Source of the DNA: the human T2T-CHM13v2.0 reference genome, Homo sapiens
Length of the DNA: 64,000 nucleotides
Reading direction: 5' to 3'
Assembly: GCA_009914755.4 (NCBI GenBank)
Contig: CP068257.2
Coordinates: 24,896,001 to 24,960,000 of the forward strand
Below are positions 14,440 through 29,211 of the stretch, piece by piece; position 1 is the stretch's first letter, and every line of letters starts with the position of its first letter. A model generated the notes under the pieces. That model worked only from the letters and a program-made list of their open reading frames with translations, had not been told where the DNA came from and did not search any database. Made by a program: the position numbers and the translations under genes.

Positions 14440-15950
14440 CACTCCAGCTTTCTTTTGGTTAATATTTGCATGGTATATCTTTTTCCATCCTTTTACTTAA
14501 GTTAGCTATTTCAGTAGAGTTGAAATGAATAACATATATTTGAGTAGGTTCAGAACAAAATCCATTTGCTGTTTTTACTGGTATGTTTAGATCATTAATG
14601 TAATTATTGATATGTTTGAATTTAGGTATATCATTTTGTGATTTGCTTTCTGTTTGTTCCCTCTGTTTTTCATTCCTTTGACTCCCCTTTTCTGCCTTCT
14701 TTTCAGTTATAAGAATATTTATTAGTATCCATTTTAATTGATCTACTATGATTTTGACTATATTACTCTGTAGTTCTTTATTGTTCTATTTAGTGGGTGC
14801 TCTAGGGATTACAGGATATATACTTAACTCTTCATCATCACCTAGAATCAATTTTGTATCATTTTAGTTGGAATATAGAAACCTTATCATCTTATTGATC
14901 CATTAACCTTTCCCCTCCTGTGCTAGTCATGTTAAATATTACATCTAAACCATTGAATGTGCTATCATACATATCATATGTTTTCACATTAAATAGTCGA
15001 TTGCATTTTAACAAACTCAAGAGGAGAAAAACAGCCTACCATATTTACTAACTAGTACTGCTAGTGGGGCAGGACTTTGATTTTTTACTCTTCTTTTTCC
15101 TTTATGATATTCCATGTTTTCTCTGGTATCATTTGCTTTCTTCCTGAAGAACTTTTACATCAGGTCTGCTGGATTAATATTTTCTTAATTTTTCTTAATT
15201 TAAGAATGTCTTTATTTTCTCTCTATTCTTGGAGAATATTTTTTACTTGATATAGAGGTTGATAATTCTATTCTTTTGGCACTTAAAAAATATGCCACTT
15301 TCCTGGCCTCTAAGGTTTCTGATGAGAAAATGAAGTCATTCAAATCACAGCTCCCCTATAGGTAATGTTTTGTTTTTCTCTGGCTGCTTCCAAATTTTTT
15401 TTCTTTAGCTTTTAACCAATTTGATTATGATGTATCTGGGTGTGAATTTCATTGGGTTTATCCAGTTTGGAATTTCCTCAGCTTCTTAGATCTGTAATTT
15501 ATTTCTTTCACCAAACTTGGGATTTTTTTAGCTCCATATTCTTTCTCCTTTCTTCTGGGATTCTGATGGCACAGATGCTAAACCCTGTCCACATTATGCT
15601 TGCTTACTTAGACAGAACTAGAGGGCTTCTCCTGCAGCTCTCTGTTCATGTCCTGAAGCCTATTTCTATGTTTTGGGCTGCGTTTAGTCCAAAGTCGAGT
15701 AACAGAGGGAAACAACTGGTAAATTTATGGCTAGTTGGGCAGTATTTCAAATTTTGTCTGGTTCCCCAATCCACCTGCTAGTATTTACTTTCCACAGTCC
15801 TGAAGTAGCTGCTTCGTGCATTCTGTCCACGCTCTCCATAGTTATGCTCAGTAGGAGGCAGAGCGTGGAGCTTGTTTTCTTCATCTTACTCAGAACTAGA
15901 ACCAACCCTCCCAACTAAATATAATGAGACAAAAGCTATTTTACCACAAA
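14440..15950 (-). mobile_element. Probable ancient L1 fragment (ORF1/ORF2 junction region, antisense).
   Basis: AT-rich antisense L1-like strings (ttgattatgatgtatctgggtgtgaatttc..., cagcttcttagatctgtaatttatttctttcaccaaacttggga..., cttctgggattctgatggcacagatgctaaaccctgtcc). This is a low-resolution call. Confidence 0.45.
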
Positions 15951-16894
15951 CACTAAACAAAATATATAACATGTATATTATGCTGGTGGTGTAAAGCCAA
16001 CAGGCTGAATAAAAAGAAACTCATTTTAGAATTGATAGACCTCAGCTGATCCTCACTATGATCAATGACTTTTTATTTGGCATGCCATCTGGCATTTATT
16101 TGCTTCCACTGAAAATACATTCTGTCTGGAGATTGTTCCAAATGTAGGTTATGCACAATATCATCGGAGGCAAGTTGTTGTGCTTTTTGTTCTTTTAAGT
16201 CTTACAAGTCTTGACTTAAATGGAGAAAACTGCTGATTAACACAATTTTTTAAAGAGCTTAATCAGGGAAATTCTCAACTGTTACATACAAAGGAACACT
16301 CAATCTATACAGCACTAGGATCACTCTGCCAAAAGAGCCGGCAGTTAGAACACCACTGTGTGCATTATTTATTGACATATTGTCAATGGAGATGAGCCAT
16401 TGGAATTCTTTAATGAATCATTTTTAAAGCAAATCATTACCCACTGATTTTTGATATTATATATGTAATTTTTTTCTATAAATCAGGTTTATATATTTTT
16501 ATTTAGATTTGATTTCCTAGTTTCTGAGTGGGTTTCTCCCTCTAATTCACAAGCCAGCCTAGGGTAACATGGCAGACTTGTGTATCTAATGTACATGACT
16601 TTTCAGGCAGTATTATGCCTTCAGCAACCACTGGGCAGCAGGACACCGTACTTAATTAGCTGCTTTTGCAGTTATCAGACTGCAATCACATTTGATTAAG
16701 GGCACCATTTATTTCACTCAAGGCCGAGAGTGCTCTCCTGGGGAGAGGCAGGTGGTACTCTCCTGTTGATGAAGTCCAGAGAGCCAGAGAGACAGCCTGT
16801 GACCAGAAGTGACACTCTGCAGCTCAGTCACAGACTTTCCAAATGACCTTGCAGAAGTCATTTTTCTCCCCATCATGTTTTATTTATTTTATTT

Positions 16895-17028
16895 TTAAAA
16901 TTATTATTATGATTCTTTTTGATCACTCTGTTGCTCAGGCTGGACTCAAACTCCTGGACTCAAGCAACCTTCCCACCTCAACCTTCCAAGTAGCTGGGAT
17001 GACAGGCATGTATTTCCATGCCCAGCTT
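16895..17028 (-). mobile_element. Partial Alu or free Alu monomer.
   Basis: The sequence tgatcactctgttgctcaggctggactcaaactcctggactcaagcaaccttcccacctcaaccttccaagtagctgggatgacaggc. Confidence 0.7.
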
Positions 17029-17129
17029 AAAACCCAGATGTTTTCAAAGCCCAATGTTTTCATCAATGACAGGAAAAATTTGTAAAGCCCTTCTAAGTGC
17101 TTCTTTGTATAAATATATATGTCAGGGGG

Positions 17130-17225
17130 GCAAGTTACTATTCCCTGTTTACACATGAACAAACTGAGGCTCGGTGATATTAGGAGATCTAAGTTCACAC
17201 AGCATCAGGAACCCAAGCCCGATTT
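17130..17225 (-). mobile_element. MIR (mammalian-wide interspersed repeat) core fragment.
   Basis: The sequence tattccctgtttacacatgaacaaactgaggctcggtgatattaggagatctaagttcacacagc resembles the MIR core ...cccattttacagatgaggaaactgaggctcagagaggttaagtgacttgcccaaggtcacacagc. Confidence 0.6.
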
Positions 17226-18591
17226 TTCTGTGGTATTTCTCTTACAACTTCCTATCACAAAACTACTGTTAATCAAGAATAGAATCACAAAGCATTGTTT
17301 CCTGTTTAATTCTACTTGGCAAAAGCCAAGAGGGTCTATTTACTTAATATAAGAATGAATATTACTTGAGACTGCAACCTCAAAGTAGAGTTTTCAGCAT
17401 TTATTTGATAAACTTAAATTCTAATATATTTCTATGTGTAATACTTCAGAGGCTGATCCTACATTATACCTGATGTTTGTTTAAAAAAAATGTTGTATCC
17501 ACACAGTAGAGTTGGCTATTTGCAACCACAGGTAGCTCTTATTTTTTGCAAAATGCAGCATAGAGAGATATAGTTTTGCTTATGTTTTTGACAGTGTGAG
17601 TTGATACAGAAATATGTTTAAAGTAATTTGTCATGTTTTTCTCTATTTTTGCCAGATTTGTGCAAAGGCATAAATTGTTTTTTATTACTGTAGGGTCTTT
17701 TTCTTCCTCTCCTTTCTGTAACCATGAATATTGAAATTAAAAATTCTCTTTGTTTCTGAGTCACAGAGTTACCATCGGCTAAATAGCTGAGGCTTTCACC
17801 CATAGCACTTTCAGATGGAATCCTATTATACCTTATGAGGTTATCATCACCCTCTGAAATTTTCATTAGTTATGGGTGTGTACATCCTAACATTTTGCAG
17901 TTGGGAGACAGCTGGGAGACACTGTGTTCTGGGTTGCAGCTGCCCATCAGAATTCTTCCAACATAATGGAATAAAAATCACTGGGTGTGTGTAATTCTTC
18001 CCTCCTCAATTTTATCAACAAAACATTTTATCTCCAAAAATCATGAAGGTGAGTTGCACAGGAGCCTGTTGTCTTAACAGTCATAGGCTGGCAGATCATA
18101 TTGCCTCATTGATGGAGCACATTCAACCCAGAAACATGACAGGAGGTTAAATTATTATAATCAAATTGGCTTTTCAATTCTAGTCTCTATCATCTGATTA
18201 TAATTTATCATAAACAGTGTGATTAGAAAGTGACAATTGATTCTATCATTCCTTTTACTCTGTAATGACACCTAATCTGTATTCCATGAGAAGATACTAT
18301 TTGAAACCAATAACACATTCAAATGATGGTTTGATTTTGCTAAGCAAATATTTTTCCAGATGATGAACACTAGTTTAGAACCCACAAAATGTCAGATTTT
18401 TCATGTTTAAATGAAGAATTGATCTGTGTTTAAATAATCTATTCTGGATCCTTCAATCTATTAGGCCCTGTGGCTTTGATAGTGAGTTGGCAGACTAGCT
18501 TCTCGTCCTCTTAGGTCTGGAATGTGGAAGGGCAGACAGATATTAAGGAACATAAATAAACTGATAAATAGTAACAGGATAGTGTATTAGT

Positions 18592-18964
18592 CTGTCTTCA
18601 CACTGCTAGGAAGAAATACCTGAGACTGGGTAATTTATAAAGAAAAGAGGCTTAATTGACTCATGGTTCCATAGGCTGTACAGATAGCATGACTGGGGAG
18701 ACGTCAGAAAACTTTCAATCATGGCAGACGGTGAAGGGGAATCAGGCACGTCCTCACATGGCCAGAGCAGGAAAGACAGTGAAAGGGGAAGGGCTACACA
18801 CTTTTAAACAACCAGATCTCATGAGGACTCACTCACTATCACAAGAACAGCAAGGGAGAAATCCACGCCCATGATCCATTCACCTTCCACCAGGCCCCTC
18901 CTACAACACTGAGGATTGCAATTCGACATGAAATTTGGGTAGAGACACAAATCCAAACCTATCA
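18592..18964 (-). mobile_element. Solo LTR of the ERVL-MaLR group (MST/THE1-like).
   Basis: This is the reverse complement of a MaLR LTR: tgtattagtctg...ctgagactgggtaatttataaagaaaagaggcttaattgactcatggttcc...cacttttaaacaaccagatctcatgaggactcactcactatcacaagaacagcaaggg...gatccattcaccttccaccagg...ccaaacctatca. Confidence 0.8.
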
Positions 18965-20494
18965 AATAGAGAAGGGATAATGCTACGGCAGCAAACAGCA
19001 GGGAATCAAATCCAGATATAGTGGGTAAGAAAAGGTTCTCTCCAAAATATAGCGTTTAGGTCTTCATAAGGATAGCAATGAATCATTTTCACTCATGGCA
19101 TCTTGAAACCTTCTTCAGATCTTCAAGAGCCAGTGAGGAGTAGCAGAAACAGGCCAAGTATGTCTCATTTTAAATGCCAGCCCTTTACATAGCAGCTATA
19201 CGAAATGACTTATTCTGAGCCTCATCCTCCTCATCTGAACAGACAGGAATAATACATAGGTCACAAGGACTATTCTGAAGGTTAATTAACTTATATGTTT
19301 TACACATCGGTGACAGAGAACGCATTAAATAAATGGTAGTTCTCTTTCTTCCAACAATTCCTGCTGCCACCAAAAACACTTTCTTTTATAATATCCAACT
19401 GTGATGTCTATCTAATTAAGGCAGCTCCTAAACCTAGATTATATGAACAGATATGAGGTAATCTGATTTGGAAACAATCCAAGTCAATAAAAATGGGCGC
19501 TCACATAGACTGCTTTGTTATGGTAACATATTCAATTCAGAATGAACTGAAATATCACAAATCCTACATTTTATGTAACATAAAACGCAACAAGCAAATA
19601 GAAGAAAATAAAGGCATTGATTGTCCCCACCACCACAAGGAGTGTATTCAGGTTGATTAGTGAAGGAAAGATCAGTTTTGATAGAGGTAAAGAGGGCTAA
19701 AATAGCATCCGAATGTAAAGAGGGGAGAAATCTCAGTGTATTCCTGAATTTCCCTAAGGCTCCGTTGTTGGCTTGCTGTTCTATTTCTTATACCTCTCTT
19801 CAGAAAATCTCATTCATTCCCACACACCTTTCAACCCCAGCATCTCCAGGCTTTTTACTCCCAGACCTATATGTGATGTTTCATGCTCTCCACTGGGCTT
19901 CAGAATGGAACATTCCACCATCTGAAGCTCACTGAGTTTGGTTCATACCCTACAGCAGGCTTTTCCTTGTTTAATGTACTAAAAGTAGAATTCATTCCCG
20001 TTTCTGAACCTTCCTGAATATTCCCCATTAGTTCTCAGCACACCATCCAGCCTCTTATCCAAAGCAGAAACCTCAGAATTAATTCAGACATGTTCCTCTC
20101 ATTTAGCCCCAATCCTTAGGTCCACATCCCATCAGTCCTCAAGTACTAATCTCTTCTGTCCTTTCATCCTGTAGCACAAGACACTGTCAAATAGCACCAA
20201 CCTTTGCTTTCCAGGTGTACTGGGCAGATAGGTAGTGGCAGTAATGCCTGGGAGTTGGTTACAAGCGCAGAATTTCAGGCCCCATCCAGACCTACCAAGT
20301 CTGAATCGGCATGTTAAAAAGGTGTCTGGGCGACTCCATTACAACCATGATCAAACTTTTCCATTGCCTTTTTTTAATTACAAGAATTTTCAAACATATA
20401 AGAATCATAGATAATATAAAACACCCATATGCCACTACCTGGATTTATTACATGTTAATAATTATACTTTCTTGAGATATTTAATTTAAAACAA

Positions 20495-20586
20495 TTTTTT
20501 GAGACAGGGTCTTGCTATGTTGTCCAGGCTGGTCTCAAATTCCTTGGCTCAGGCAATCCTCCCACCTCAGCCTCCCGTGTAGCTGT
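20495..20586 (-). mobile_element. Alu fragment (right-arm portion).
   Basis: The sequence ttttttgagacagggtcttgctatgttgtccaggctggtctcaaattccttggctcaggcaatcctcccacctcagcctcccgtgtagctg. Confidence 0.75.
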
Positions 20587-20999
20587 GAATGCAGATGCAA
20601 TCCACCATGATTAAGCAATGAAATGTCAGAGTTGAAGGCCACTTCCCAACACTCCTCCCTAGGGTGACCAATGTGTCTCAGTTTGCCCGGGACCATCCAG
20701 GTTGCTGCACTCAAAGTATTGAATCCCTGGAAACTTCTCAGTCCTGGGCAATCCTGAAATTCATTGGTACTCTTCTCTCCCTCAGATATTTACACATTCA
20801 TGACATGTGTTTGTTTTCATAAATAATACACAGAATTATTTTATGTGTTTATGCAAATGGCATCATGTAGTACACATTGCTCTTCAGTTAGCTCTTCACA
20901 CAGCATTATTCGTTTTGAGATTTACTCTAATGTTATGTTAACATGAACTGAGTTATTTTAATTGCTGTATCCTTTGCACGAATATACTCTATCCACTTG

Positions 21000-22740
21000 G
21001 TCTTCTGATGGAGGTGTGGGTTGCTTCCAATGTTTTGCTATTTTTTAAATAATACGTCAACCAACAGTATAAATGTCTCCTTGGGCATATTTGGAAATTT
21101 CCTAGGGAATATATCTTGAAGAGGTGTTACTGCTAAATCCTAAAGTATGTCTATCTTCAGCTTTACTATATGGGGTCTGATTGCTCTCTATGTGGAACAG
21201 TTCTTGTTCTCCCATCAACAATGTGAGAGCCCTTTTATCTTTGCCCACATTGCTTGGCACTATCAGACTTACGGAGTATTTGAGCCCAATGGGTATGAGA
21301 CGGTATTTCAATGTTTTAAGTTGGTTTGTCCTGCTTTAGTTAGCCAGGTGGATCATCTTTCACTTGTTTATGGACCATCCAGTTTTCTGCTCTATGCCTT
21401 TTTTTGTGCACACACATTGCCCATTATCCTATTCAGGCATTGCGGATACTAATCTCCTGTGAATCATATGAATTGCAAATATCTTCTCCAAGTGAGGGTT
21501 TGCCTTACATTTTTATCTAGGAATTCTGTTGCTCTCTATATTAAAAATTTTAAAAATCAAGATATAATTCACGTCCCACAAAACTCACCATTTTAAAGTG
21601 TACAGTTCGGTGTTTTTTAGTAATCTTTTCTTTTGTGTTTTTTAATCTTTTATTTTAGACATTTTTTCTATCCTGATACCATAAATGCTATTCTCCTCCC
21701 ATTAAAAAAATGTAATTGTTTGCTTTTTGTTTTTACATATTTAGTCTGATAAGAGTGGATTTTTTATTGTGGAGTGATGAATTGATCTCATTTAATGTTT
21801 ATGCATATGGATAGCTAGTTATTTTAGCAACATCTGTTACATAATCTATCCACCTCCACTAGTCTGTAATGCCATTTCTGTTATCCATCAAGTTTCCATA
21901 TATACGTCAGTCAGTTTCTAAGCTCCAAATTCTTTTGGTTTATCCATTAACCAATATCACACAATTTCTTTTTTATAACTTTATAATAAATCTTGATGTC
22001 TGTAAGGCATATCTTCTGACCTTATTCTTTTTCATAACTCTCTTCTCTTCCCACGATCTTTACTGTCCCACATAAATTTTAGGCCCATTCTTTCAAATTC
22101 AACATAAAATGTTCTTGTGGATTTTGATTGGAATTGCACTGAATGTACAGATAGTTCAGGAAGAACTGCCATGTTTAAATATTGACATCTTTACAATACC
22201 TGCATCCACAATTTGATATGTCTCTTAATTTCATTAGGTCTCTCTTTATCCCTTGTAATTTTTACATGGTTATAATACTCACTAAATGCATATATTATTA
22301 CTGGATTCCTTACTGGATATATTATAGTTTTAAATATTGTATTTTAGATTTATTTATGCACATATCTATTACATTTTCTTATTGATTGTTGATGGTATGT
22401 AGGAATATACCACTTTGGACACTGATCTTATATCCTGCAATTTTGGTGAATTCCGTTATTTTTCATAGTCTGAGAAATACTGACAATCATCTCATTTGTA
22501 AATGAGAGCAATTTACTTTCTTCCTTTCCAGTCTTTATTACCTTTTTAAAAATGTGTCTTGCTGATTGCACTGGCCAGGACTTCCAGTACAATGCTGACT
22601 AGAAGTGGTAGAAGGCACTAGTTTGTCATATTTTTGCCTTTAAAGGCAAGGGTTATAACAACATACCATTGATTATGCTGCCTGAGATAGGGTGGTGGTT
22701 TTTAAAATATATATTTATTAGGTTAAACATTTTTTCTTCT
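21000..22740 (-). mobile_element. Ancient L1 (L1M/L1PB-like) ORF2-region fragment, antisense.
   Basis: Antisense L1 ORF2 strings, e.g. gtcttgctgattgcactggccaggacttccagtacaatgctgactagaagtggtagaag (cf. L1 cttattgcactggctaggacttccagtacaatgttgaataggagtggtgagag), cattgattatgctgcctgagatagggtgg, and ggattttgattggaattgcactgaatgtacagatag. Confidence 0.6.
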
Positions 22741-24857
22741 ATATCCCTAGTTTGCTAAGCATTTTAACTCTGAGTGATGACTTTAATTGCTTTTCCTTTT
22801 AAAACTGATCTTAGAATTACCCTGCTTTAAGAGGCCTTTCCAGCAATCTAAAGTTGGAATAAAAGCTCCTCGTCTCTGATCCCACTGCATTTTGTGCTTC
22901 CAGTGGCAAGTTCATCTGCTGATGTGTCTATGCTCCTCAGTAGCTTCTAAGCAACTCAAGGGCAGGAACGTGATGTTTGATTCATGGCTATATCCTCCGG
23001 CACCTGATGTAGATCACTAAAAACTGTACATAGCTGTAAGATAAATTGTGGAAAACATGTTCTAGAAACCTTATTTTTCCTTCCTCAAAACCAATTCTGT
23101 TTCTGACAATTAGGCTTAATTTACAAAGACAATTATAACAGCATAGAAATTGGACTGAGAAAAGTTTTAGTTATCTACACATTTATATTTTCTTTTAATA
23201 CAATAACTCATAGAATGCAAATATACATTTGAAAATCACTGACTTCCTTCTTATAGCAAACATAAGTTGTTGCTACATTCTAAATCAAGTTCATATTTAT
23301 TTTAACATCATATTAGTTACTTATCTGTGTCATTATTAAAACAAAAATAAGACTCCCACAAGCTTTGATTTCTTCAGTATGTACCTCCTAGAGGTCTTTT
23401 CATATCTAATTACTAAGATTATTTTAACTTAATTAATTTAAATGGTTTTTTTTTTTTTTACTAATGCCAAAGGCCTTTTTAAATGCGTTACGTTTGTCAG
23501 TGTTTGAATAGCCTTACCTGATTAATCCAGAACACTAAGATACTTAATGATCATAGGACCTCAAATGCCACTCGAAAATATGAAACCTTTATCTTTTAAC
23601 TCAGTTTTGCTTTCATGCATAGCATGGCTCTCAAATCACGGTTGTGATATTTATTAGCTGTCTTTGCCAAACTGCGGGTAATACATCTTTCACATTTCAT
23701 TGAGAAGAAAAGAAATTTAATCTCACCAGGATCTCCATTATTAGTTCTCCCTCTTGGTTTTTTTTCCTGTGGGGATTTTATGTTGGCCAGATGGGGCTCT
23801 GAAGAATCCACAGACCGATGAGTGCTTTACAATGGCAAAGTGGAAAAGCAAAATCTATTTTTGAGTTAGGAAATTAAATGCGATATATTGTCATCTAGCT
23901 CACTATGTCCAAACTAGTCAATATTTTGTTCATATTCAGTATTGTACAATTATTCTCTTACAAAAGAGAATACCTTCATTTTCCTCAACTTTACTTCAGT
24001 TCCATGTTTAGCTTGTTCTACTGGATAACAGTAATTAACCACTCAATTGCACCCTCTATTCCCTTAAATTCTACCAACTCCGAAGAGGACTCTATAAACC
24101 ACATTTTTACACTGGATCTACTTTCTGGGGAATGCCAATTAAATCTCATTAGCAGCAAAAAGTTAAACATCCCTTTCCATATTCATCACAGATCTATCTT
24201 CCATGAAGCAGAGTTGCTGAATCAAATGTTTGAGAATCAATCTGGTGGGAAATTGTTTATTTCTTGAATTGGCCCAATTCTCATTTTTAAATATTCTGAG
24301 GCTTCTATCTTCGGGTAGTTGCCCTCATGTTCAAAAATCTCTTAAATGGAGAAATAATTATAAGGTCACATAGTTTGTCATAAATGGTTTCAAATAGTGT
24401 AACATCTCAAAGTTTGCATTCCAAATATTTCATTTATGGAATAAATAAAAAGCAACTTCATTTGGAGCCTTCTTATCTTTGTCTATTGTCTTAATGATGC
24501 CTAAGAATGTGTCGGTTCTATATAAAATCGGATATCTGATTTCCAGAAAAGTACTGAATTATTTTGTTTCAGTTTTGCTAGGCATGACCAACAAAAGCAC
24601 ATCATTAAAGGATCTATCTTTTGTCTGACCTACATATTCCTACATATATTCAAAGGTTACTCGTTCCCCACTAGCCACACTGAACAGTAGGGACTTTCTC
24701 AACTGGATCATTTCCTTTCTTGTATCTTTGACTTTGTATGCAAGAGTCTGTCTTAAAACCATGTCCCTTTCTTCACTATTTATGTAAATATCTACTTTTC
24801 CTTCAAAACTCTGATCAGATTCCATGTTGATGATCTGTTCCCTAAACATCTCCTCCT

Positions 24858-24860
<3 letters not shown>

Positions 24861-24895
<35 letters not shown>

Positions 24896-24928
24896 ACATA
24901 CACAAACACACACACACAGAGACATACA

Positions 24929-24975
<47 letters not shown>
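24861..24975. repeat. Compound (CA)n microsatellite interrupted twice by cagagacatacacaaa.
   Basis: Direct reading of the sequence. Confidence 0.95.
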
Positions 24976-24978
<3 letters not shown>

Positions 24979-25440
24979 CAGACTTAGCTTTCCAGTCCTC
25001 CAATAATACTTCATAGATTAGCTCTTTGAATTAGAATTATTTGTCTATGCTCTCTTTTCTTATCAGATTTTGAGGTCTTGGAAGTCAGAGTCCATCATTT
25101 TTTCATCTTTGGATCCCAGGACCTAGGCCACCACTGCCATGGTAGCAGGCACTCAATGTGCATTTATAAATAATAGATTGAATTAAACTTGCTGAATACT
25201 GTAAAAATTATTATTAAATTCTGGATAATACTGATTCTCCTATACTAAAGCCAGTATCTGTGACTATAATGACCAGAAGTAGACAGGCCATCTTTTAAGT
25301 TCAATTTTAAAGTTTTTCATAAGACAGAAGTAAATCTTAAAATTCCTAGCAGAAGCAAGAAAGAAAAAGGGCACCTGAATTTATTTGCCAAAATTCACTC
25401 ATATTTAGAATAGAAAGAATCTAAAAAAAAAAAATGAGAG

Positions 25441-25780
<340 letters not shown>

Positions 25781-28411
25781 TCAACTAAATTAGCTCCTGT
25801 GACTGCTTTATAAACAAATCTTAATGGTTAGTTTGCAAAACAGCAAAGGCAATTGAAGTTAGCAGAATTAAGGGCTAAACAGCAACTCTGATGATTTCAG
25901 CTGGTGACTAGGGGAAGACCTCAGCAAGGACAGTCAAGTGGCCCTAAACCAACCAATTTGCAAACACTCTAAAATGCCCAAATTATATTTTGCTCTCTTT
26001 TTAGCTCATTTTAAACTGAGCAAACATTTTTATTTTAAAAACAAACAAAAACATAAACCAAATTATAAAAATATTCATTTAAGTTACCTAATATTTCATT
26101 GTGTTACTGCTTTGTTCCTTATTACTTTTCTAATAACCACAAGGGTTTACCTTTCTGTTACAACAGTTAAAATGATTTCACTAAGAATGTGCCCGGATGC
26201 TTGAAAAAGAGGAAACATCATTTATGAATTTCAAAACAGAAATATGTGACAACCTGTGTATGAAGGAACCCTTGTAAGCATTCTGGAATTAATTTTTTTC
26301 CTACCTCCTGCATCGCCGACCACCCATTAAAAAAAAAAAACACTTTGGGTGGAGTTAAGAATTCTTTTCAAATGTTAAACAATAACTGGAAATCCTGAAA
26401 ATGTATTCTCTTTTATCAAGTGGGAAAACGCTTTAAAGTATCCCCCCACCACTGCCACCTTTCTTTTTGCTAAGAATTGTTTAGCATGATATTTACTCAG
26501 AGGTTTCTATTTTGAACAGAAAGTTCAGTTATAACTGCCTGAAATATGATGCCATCTGTGTTTATTTTCCCTTCTGAAACACGATTTTTTCCCCCAAACA
26601 TAGCAAGTACCTGGTCCTAATAACCTAGATACATGTATCAGCTCAACCAATTCTTCACTTAACCAGCGGTGAAATTAAAGATATAGAACATGTACCATAA
26701 AAATGTGAACTTCACTGCAAATGTAAATCATATCAAGTACATCTATAAATTCAAATATATAAAAATATTCTGATTAATAAGTAGTTATGAGTTATATGTA
26801 TTTACCAGGGTGGAGGTAGCTATGGAGTGAGAAAGAGGGCACACAGCACACTCCATGATATAGTTAGTGAATCAAGAGCTAAGCTAGGAGCCAGATGACC
26901 AAAGAATCACAGAATCAGTTTGACTTCACATTCTCCAAGTTATACTCGCACCTCTACCTGGGACAGCAGCATCTGGTATGTGGAGACAGTTTGAGAAAAA
27001 AAAAATTTAAATTTATTAATAATATATTTTGTTACTTTAAATACTGCGAAGTAATATGCCACTGTAAACATCATTATATATTTAAATTTGAGCTGATAAG
27101 TTACTGTAAAAAATCATCCTGACAGTTTTCTAATGTAAAAAGTGGGCTTAATTTCTTTTCTACCAAACCATCCATGAAGAAAAATTCAAACATTTTATTG
27201 GAGCTTATTTGCATTTCAAGGAAGGCTTAAATTCTATACATGGTTTTTAATTATAGCTTGACATTTCTTTCACATCTATTATAGTGTTCAAGAGTATCCC
27301 AAAGTATGATTTTTTATTTTGTATTCTCAGAGTCATGATCTCTAATAGGAGCCTCAACACTGATTCCAGAAAGTTTATGTGGTGCCAGGTTTTCTATTCT
27401 CGGGAAATGGAGGATGTGTAACAAGCCGTCTCAACGGACACTTCCCTAAAACAGCCAGGCACATATGACTTAGCGCCTAATGTTTCCCGTTTCCACTTGA
27501 GCCTTTGTAGGGCATGAATTAAACAGAACATTTCCCAAATCATCATGATACTGACTTGAAAAACAAGAACAGAAGACAGAGGCACAACCGTTGCTGCTCT
27601 CTGAAAGCCATGGGGATTTTGACTCAAGAAATTCTTATGTTCCCAATTCTCAACCCTCGTTTCTCAGTTGTGGGTTCCTCTCTTGAGGAATTGACAAGTG
27701 CACACTTTTCCAGCCGTACAGCCCTGGAGGCAGGTCCAGCTTCCATATTTCCCTTTGTCCAGAATCGGCTCTAAAATAAATTTCTAATTTGTTACAAGGA
27801 AATGCTTCACAGAGTCTACATGTACATATTTCATTTGTGTTTTTGTGCCTTGTTGTTTATCACTTTGCATTACTCATACCTAGCTTGTCTTAGGCTCTAA
27901 ACTTGTTTCCTGAAGTTGCTGTATGTGTATCATGTGAGAACTGACATTTCATGTCTCAACTGTTTTTTATTCATAACCTCTCTTTTTCCTGACATCTACT
28001 GGATGTATTAAATTAATACATGATGACAAAATAAACTGGCTATAATTAAATAACAAATCTTAACTTGCACAAAACAGACAAAACCATATCACTGATGATG
28101 TTATAAAATTATCAATAAAATGATGTCTACTTAAAACATTATTATAGTACACAAAGTAAAACAATAAAAGAATAACTCTTTTTAGTTCCTTTATAATGAA
28201 GGCAATTTATTTTGTATATTATTTTGCATATTTTGTCAAACAATATAGTCCATTAGATAGCGATGTGTTAATATCTCCAGTAAAGATTTCATGTCAATAA
28301 CCAATCTTGAAATCTCTTGCCCACAACTATCACTTAGTACTTTTAAAAGACATAACTGGACAACTGGACAAGAGGAAGAGCATCAGTATTGCCAAATCTG
28401 ACGAATACTCA

Positions 28412-28543
<132 letters not shown>

Positions 28544-28874
28544 TTATAGTTGTAAAATCACAGTTTCAAGAAAAATTATTCTATTTCACAACTTAATCAG
28601 CCAATGACCACCCTTTAGTGGTTTTAAATCTTCATTTTCGTCCTCAGAATTCAAAAACATTTGTAAGGATCTAAATTAGCCTCTCTTCCCCATTAGACTC
28701 TAAGCTGTAAAGACAAAGACAACTCTTGAATCTTCTACACCAAGCACCATAATTACCAGTCAGGGTTAGTGGAATGAGATAATGAAGGAAGGAATGAAAG
28801 AACAATTAAACTACTCAGTCGCTGGATTTGTCCATAGAGTTTTTATAATAATTTTTAAATGATAAAGCCTTCTT

Positions 28875-29211
<337 letters not shown>

